Assembly (NCBI GenBank): GCA_964482615.1
Contig: CAYZYK010000001.1
Location: 2,144 to 66,143 of the forward strand
Length of the DNA: 64,000 nt
Direction: 5' to 3'
Source of the DNA: an uncultured Candidatus Saccharibacteria bacterium
GTDB lineage: Bacteria > Patescibacteriota > Minisyncoccia > Minisyncoccales > CAYZYK01
The translations under genes were made by a program, and so were the position numbers. The notes beneath the pieces are model-generated. The model had not been told where the DNA came from. It saw nothing but the letters and a program-made list of their open reading frames with translations, and did no database searches. Positions 59,553-64,000 of this stretch are shown here, piece after piece. Position 1 is the stretch's first letter; every line of letters starts with the position of its first letter.

Positions 59553-60650
59553 TTAGTAAATTTTAAATTCTATTATATCACCATCTTGGACTATATAATC
59601 TTTTCCTACTGTTTTGACTTGACCTTTCTTTTTTGCTTTTTTCCAAGAACCAGCTTGAATTAGTTTATCTGAAGAAATAACTTCAGCTTTAATAAAATTG
59701 TCCTCAAAATCAGAATGGACGACTCCTCCAGCGGTTGGACATTTTCCTCCCTTCTTTAAGGTCCAAGCTCTTGTTTCTTTACCTCCGGTGATGGTATAAA
59801 AGGTGATTAAATCAAGAGTATTGTAACAAGCAGTTATTAATGAGTCAAGCTCGGAGGTGAGTCCAAGCTCTTTTTCTTCTTCTTTTTTAAGATTAGAGAT
59901 TTCTCTTTCTAGTTCAAGATTAAGTTTTAAAAAAGAATCTTCAGAGATTGTTTCTTTAATTTTATCTTCGAGTTCCTTTTCTGTTTTTTGAGAAACGTTT
60001 AAAACGAAAACGTGGGGTTTTGAAGTTAAAAACTGAAAATCTTTTATTAAATCAATTTCCTCTTTATTTAACTCAAGACCGGTGATTTTTTTTCCTTGGG
60101 AAAGTTGATTTTTAATTTTTTCAAAGAGGTCTATCTTCTTTGTTGTCTTTTTATCTTGAGAAACACTTTCTTTTTTTAATCTGGTAAGGACTTTCTCTAT
60201 TGTTCCCAGGTCTTTCATTATCATTTCAGTTTCTAAAACTTCAATATTTTTTTTTGGTTCGGGCTTTTCCCAAAGCTGGTATTGTGGTTCTTTATCTTCT
60301 TGAGGGGGTGTTTTTTCTTGGGAGATAGAAAAGCCCCTGATTACCTCCAAAATAGCGTCACATTCTCTGATGTGGCTTAGAAACTGATTTCCCAAACCCT
60401 CTCCCTTATGAGCCCCCTTTACTAAGCCCGCAATATCAACAAATTTAATTATAGTAGGGGTTGTTTTTTCTGGCTTTACAATTTCTGAGATTTTTTCTAA
60501 TCTTTTATCGGGGACAGCAACTACTCCCATGTTAGGATCTATGGTTGTGAAAGGATAATCAGCTATATCAACCTTATTTTTAGTTAAAGCAGAAAATAGA
60601 GTTGATTTGCCTACGTTTGGCAAACCAACAATTCCTACAGAAAAACTCAT
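59553..60650 (-). CDS. ychF: Ribosome-binding ATPase YchF
   Basis: GIVGLPNVGKSTLF, YPFTTIDPN, DIAGLV..GEGLGNQFL, GKDYIVQDGD. Confidence 0.95.
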   Translation of the reverse strand: MSFSVGIVGLPNVGKSTLFSALTKNKVDIADYPFTTIDPNMGVVAVPDKRLEKISEIVKPEKTTPTIIKFVDIAGLVKGAHKGEGLGNQFLSHIRECDAILEVIRGFSISQEKTPPQEDKEPQYQLWEKPEPKKNIEVLETEMIMKDLGTIEKVLTRLKKESVSQDKKTTKKIDLFEKIKNQLSQGKKITGLELNKEEIDLIKDFQFLTSKPHVFVLNVSQKTEKELEDKIKETISEDSFLKLNLELEREISNLKKEEEKELGLTSELDSLITACYNTLDLITFYTITGGKETRAWTLKKGGKCPTAGGVVHSDFEDNFIKAEVISSDKLIQAGSWKKAKKKGQVKTVGKDYIVQDGDIIEFKIY

Positions 60651-60658
60651 ATATATAG

Positions 60659-60736
60659 ATGATAACTTTGGGTTGCTTTATTGTCAACTTAGATATATTC
60701 TTTTTGTTGGAAAATTCTCAAGAAAACTTATATAAT
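60659..60736. promoter_or_regulatory. Divergent promoters for ychF and the yvcK-like gene
   Basis: Minus strand TTGACA-17-TATCAT, 8 nt before the ychF ATG. Plus strand TATAAT at 60731-60736, 6 nt before ATG 60743. Confidence 0.65.
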
Positions 60737-60742
60737 ACTTAT

Positions 60743-61681
60743 ATGTCAAAGAAAATAACTACAGTCGGAGGGGGTACAGGACAGTATACTCTTTTGAGGG
60801 GGCTGAAAAAGTATAATGTTTCCCTGTCAGCCATTGTTTCTATGATTGATGATGGGGGAAGTACGGGAAAGCTGAGAGATGAATTTGGTGTTTTGCCCCC
60901 TGGAGACTTGAGAAGATGTTTAGTTGCTTTATCTCAAGAATCAAAAGAATTGAGAGAGCTTTTTGAGTACCGGCTTGGAGAAGATTGTGTTGGGAATATG
61001 ATAATCGCTGGCTTACAAGAGATTGTAGGAAAAGAAAATTATATTCAACAAGCATCAAAAATTTTAAATACATCAGGAACCGTTCTTCCTATTACCACAA
61101 ACGAGACAAATATTTTTGGGAAAACAGAAAAAGGCAAAAAACTGAAAGGACAAACAGAAGTAAGTTATAATATCAGCAAAAACGAGAAAATAGAAAAGCT
61201 TTGGTTAGAACCTAAAGCTTCTCTTTTTGGAGAAGCTAAAAAAGCATTTAAAGAATCAGATTTGGTAATAATTTGCCCTGGTGATTTATACGGCAGTATT
61301 ATTCCTAATTTTTTGGTTGAAGGCTCACCTGAAACTATTCAGAACTCTAAAGCTAAAATAGTTTATGTCTGTAATTTGGTGACTAAACAGGGGACCTATA
61401 AATTCTCTGCTAGTGATTTTGTGAAAGAAATTGAAAAATATCTGGGAAGAAAAATAGATTATGTTGTTTTAAATAAAAAAAGACCTACTCAAAAAATTGT
61501 TGATAAGTACAAAGGGGAAGATTCCTTTTTCGTTGTTCCTGACGTTAACAATCTTAAAAGGGAATTCATTGAAGGTGATCTTCTGATTGAACATAAAATA
61601 AATGGTAAAATAATTGCCAGACACAATCCAACAAAAACAGCAGAATTGATTATAAGTTTGTTAAATAAACCAGAAAAATAA
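60743..61681 (+). CDS. YvcK/GlmR (CofD-like) family protein
   Basis: VGGGTG..LLRGLK, DDGGSTGKLR..LPPGDLRRCL, PGDLYGSIIPN, RHN. Confidence 0.9.
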   Translation: MSKKITTVGGGTGQYTLLRGLKKYNVSLSAIVSMIDDGGSTGKLRDEFGVLPPGDLRRCLVALSQESKELRELFEYRLGEDCVGNMIIAGLQEIVGKENYIQQASKILNTSGTVLPITTNETNIFGKTEKGKKLKGQTEVSYNISKNEKIEKLWLEPKASLFGEAKKAFKESDLVIICPGDLYGSIIPNFLVEGSPETIQNSKAKIVYVCNLVTKQGTYKFSASDFVKEIEKYLGRKIDYVVLNKKRPTQKIVDKYKGEDSFFVVPDVNNLKREFIEGDLLIEHKINGKIIARHNPTKTAELIISLLNKPEK

Positions 61682-61682
61682 A

Positions 61683-63023
61683 GTGTCAAAAAAACAAAAT
61701 ACAATTTTTAAAACCTATGATGTGCGAGGTATTTACCCCTCAGAAATTAATGAAAGTAAAGCTAGAAAGATAGCTAAAGCTATTGTTGAAGAGACAAAAG
61801 CAAAAGAAGTTGTAATTGGAAGAGATGCAAGAAACTCTTCAGTTCAGCTTTCTGAAGCACTGATAGAGGGAATTCTAGAGCAGGGAAGCGATGTTGTGGA
61901 TATAGGGCAAGTATCAACTGATTGTCTATATTTTACTTTGGGTTACCACGGTTATCCTGCGGGAATTATGACGACAGCCTCTCATAACCCACCAGAACAC
62001 AACGGATTTAAAATAATGAGAAGGCAAAAAAGGGGAATCTTGCCGTTTAGGGGTATTGAAATAGGAAAAAAAATAGAAAACAAGATACCTTCTTCTGAAA
62101 AAAGGGGTACTGTTCAAAAAAAAGATATCTGGGAAGATTATTTGAAACATGTGGTTTCTTTTGTTGAAACAGAGAAGATAAAGCCTTTTCGGGTGGTAAT
62201 AGATGCATCAAATGGTATGGCGGGCAAGGTTATTCCAGAAATTGTAGATAAAATACCTATTGAGATTATTCCTTTAAATTTTAATTTAGATGGAAATTTC
62301 CCCGCTCATTCTCCAAACCCCTTAAAAGAGAGTTCAACAGAGGGAATAAAAAATAGGATTAAGGAAAAGAAAGCTGATTTTGGCTTTATTTTTGATGGAG
62401 ACGCAGATAGAGTGTTTTTGATTACAGAAGAGAGTGATTTTGTTTCAGCTGATATAACTCTTCTCCTTTTGGCTAAATATTTTTTAGAGAAAAATCCTGG
62501 AGATAAAATTGTTTACAATCTTATTTGTTCTCGAGCTGTACCCGAGTTTATTAAAAAATGGGGCGGGGAGCCGGTACGCAGCCAAGTTGGTTATGTTAAT
62601 ATTTGGAAGAATATGCAAAAAAAAGAAGCAATAATGGGGGGTGAATTATCCGGCCATTATGCTTTTCGGGAAAATTTCTATACGGATTCAGGGTTTATAA
62701 GTTTTCTGATTCTCTTGGAGATAATTTCCAAATCTGAGAAAAAAGTTTCAGAGCAGGTTAATCAGCTGAGCCCTTATGCCAAAAGCCCAGAGATAAATTT
62801 TGAAATAAAAGATAAAGAAAAGACTTTAGAAAAAATTAAAAAGAAATATTCAGACGGAAAGCAGGATTTTTTAGACGGAATTACAGTAGAGTATGAGAGC
62901 TGGTGGTTTAATACTCGTCCTTCCCATACAGAACCTCTTTTGAGATTAACTATTGAAGCTGACAATAAAAACATTTTAAGAGAAAAAAAGAAAGAACTTG
63001 TTTCTTTTATTGGGGGAAGATAG
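61683..63023 (+). CDS. Phosphomannomutase/phosphoglucomutase
   Basis: FKTYDVRG, TASHNP, FDGDADR, GELSGH, RPSHTEP. Confidence 0.94.
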   Translation: MSKKQNTIFKTYDVRGIYPSEINESKARKIAKAIVEETKAKEVVIGRDARNSSVQLSEALIEGILEQGSDVVDIGQVSTDCLYFTLGYHGYPAGIMTTASHNPPEHNGFKIMRRQKRGILPFRGIEIGKKIENKIPSSEKRGTVQKKDIWEDYLKHVVSFVETEKIKPFRVVIDASNGMAGKVIPEIVDKIPIEIIPLNFNLDGNFPAHSPNPLKESSTEGIKNRIKEKKADFGFIFDGDADRVFLITEESDFVSADITLLLLAKYFLEKNPGDKIVYNLICSRAVPEFIKKWGGEPVRSQVGYVNIWKNMQKKEAIMGGELSGHYAFRENFYTDSGFISFLILLEIISKSEKKVSEQVNQLSPYAKSPEINFEIKDKEKTLEKIKKKYSDGKQDFLDGITVEYESWWFNTRPSHTEPLLRLTIEADNKNILREKKKELVSFIGGR

Positions 63024-63083
63024 AATTTAAGAAAACAAAAAAACAACCATTAATATTTTAGATTGTTTTTTTATTTCTGTTTC

Positions 63084-63998
63084 TTATACCAACCCCATTT
63101 TTTTTCTTGTGTCAGTCATTGTTTTTTCAGCTATTTTTTTTGCTTTCTTTGCTCCTTCTTTAAGAGATTTTTCAATATATTCTTTGTTCTTTGATAATTC
63201 TTTTCTCTTTTTTCGAAAAGAAGCTAGTTTTTCAGTTAAGAGTTGAACTAATGATTTTTTAAATTCAGCGTATCCTCTATTTTTAAATTCTTTTTCTATT
63301 TCACTTATCTCTCTATTTGAAAACAGGCTATAAATTAAAAGAAGGTTTGAAATACCCGGTTTAGTTTTTGGCTTATATTTAATTTCTTTTCCAATATCTG
63401 TTTTAGCTGACATTATTTTTTGTTTTATTTCTTTTGGGGAATCAAACAAAAAGATACAGCCCTTTTCTTTATCACTTTTTGACATCTTATTCTTGGGATT
63501 TTCCAAACTCATAATTTTAGCTCCAACCTTGGGAAGCATGGCTTCGGGTACGGTGAAGGTTTCTCCGAATCTCTGATTGAATTTTCTTGCTATAGTTCTG
63601 GTCAGTTCAATATGCTGGATTTGATCTTTTCCAACAGGAACTTTTTCTGTTTGATAAATTAAAATATCTGCTGCTTGCAAGACAGGATAATTAAGGAGGC
63701 CAGCGTTTATATTCTTTTTAAATTTTCCTGACTTTTCCTTGTATTGGGTCATTCTTTCAAGTTCAGAAACAGGAGAGACGGTGTTTAAAAGCCAAGCAAG
63801 TTCAGTATGCTCTTTTATTTCAGATTGAACAAAGAAAATGCTTTTTTTGGGGTCAATTCCAACCGCAAAATGAGCCAAGACGGCTTCATAAATATTCTTT
63901 TGAAGCTCTTTGGGGTTATAAGGTACGGTTAAAGAGTGTAAATCAGCAATGAAGAAGATGCATTTATTTTTTTCTTGAAGCTTGACCCAGTGTTTTAT
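63084..63998 (-). CDS. trpS: Tryptophan--tRNA ligase, 5'-truncated by the window edge
   Basis: Frame open to the edge: FIADLHSLT, YPVLQAADIL, VPVGKDQIQHIELTR, KMSKS. Confidence 0.96.
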   Translation of the reverse strand: MKHWVKLQEKNKCIFFIADLHSLTVPYNPKELQKNIYEAVLAHFAVGIDPKKSIFFVQSEIKEHTELAWLLNTVSPVSELERMTQYKEKSGKFKKNINAGLLNYPVLQAADILIYQTEKVPVGKDQIQHIELTRTIARKFNQRFGETFTVPEAMLPKVGAKIMSLENPKNKMSKSDKEKGCIFLFDSPKEIKQKIMSAKTDIGKEIKYKPKTKPGISNLLLIYSLFSNREISEIEKEFKNRGYAEFKKSLVQLLTEKLASFRKKRKELSKNKEYIEKSLKEGAKKAKKIAEKTMTDTRKKMGLV

Positions 63999-64000
63999 AG

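Overview
AT-rich (~30% GC), Lys-rich bacterial chromosome segment using genetic code 11. The gene content (compact housekeeping genes, archaeal-type UMP kinase, VirB2/TrbC-like pilin array, complete type IV pilus/competence locus, tRNA-adjacent LAGLIDADG-like genes) points to Patescibacteria/CPR, probably Parcubacteria (inference). It holds infB and ftsH (each with a LAGLIDADG intein), rbfA, rplS, rpsA, gyrA, valS, tsaD, recG, pyrH, comF-pilMNO-pilB-pilT-pilC-pilins-pilD, ligA, rodA, rpoBC, ftsK, recA, rpsR-ssb-rpsF, ychF, trpS and 13 tRNAs. Most notable: (1) a self-contained high-GC orphan transcription unit at 11171-11986 with a perfect sigma70 promoter, a strong Shine-Dalgarno (not obvious at other genes here) and complementary 5' and 3' UTRs enclosing the ORF; (2) nine tandem small pilin genes with gene-conversion-like mosaic tracts, individual promoters and a recurrent AAAGGTCG leader box; (3) unusual tRNAs: Ile(UAU), Arg(GCG), and two tRNAs with a co-varying A18/G55 elbow. 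All calls come from reading motifs by eye; no database search was run.
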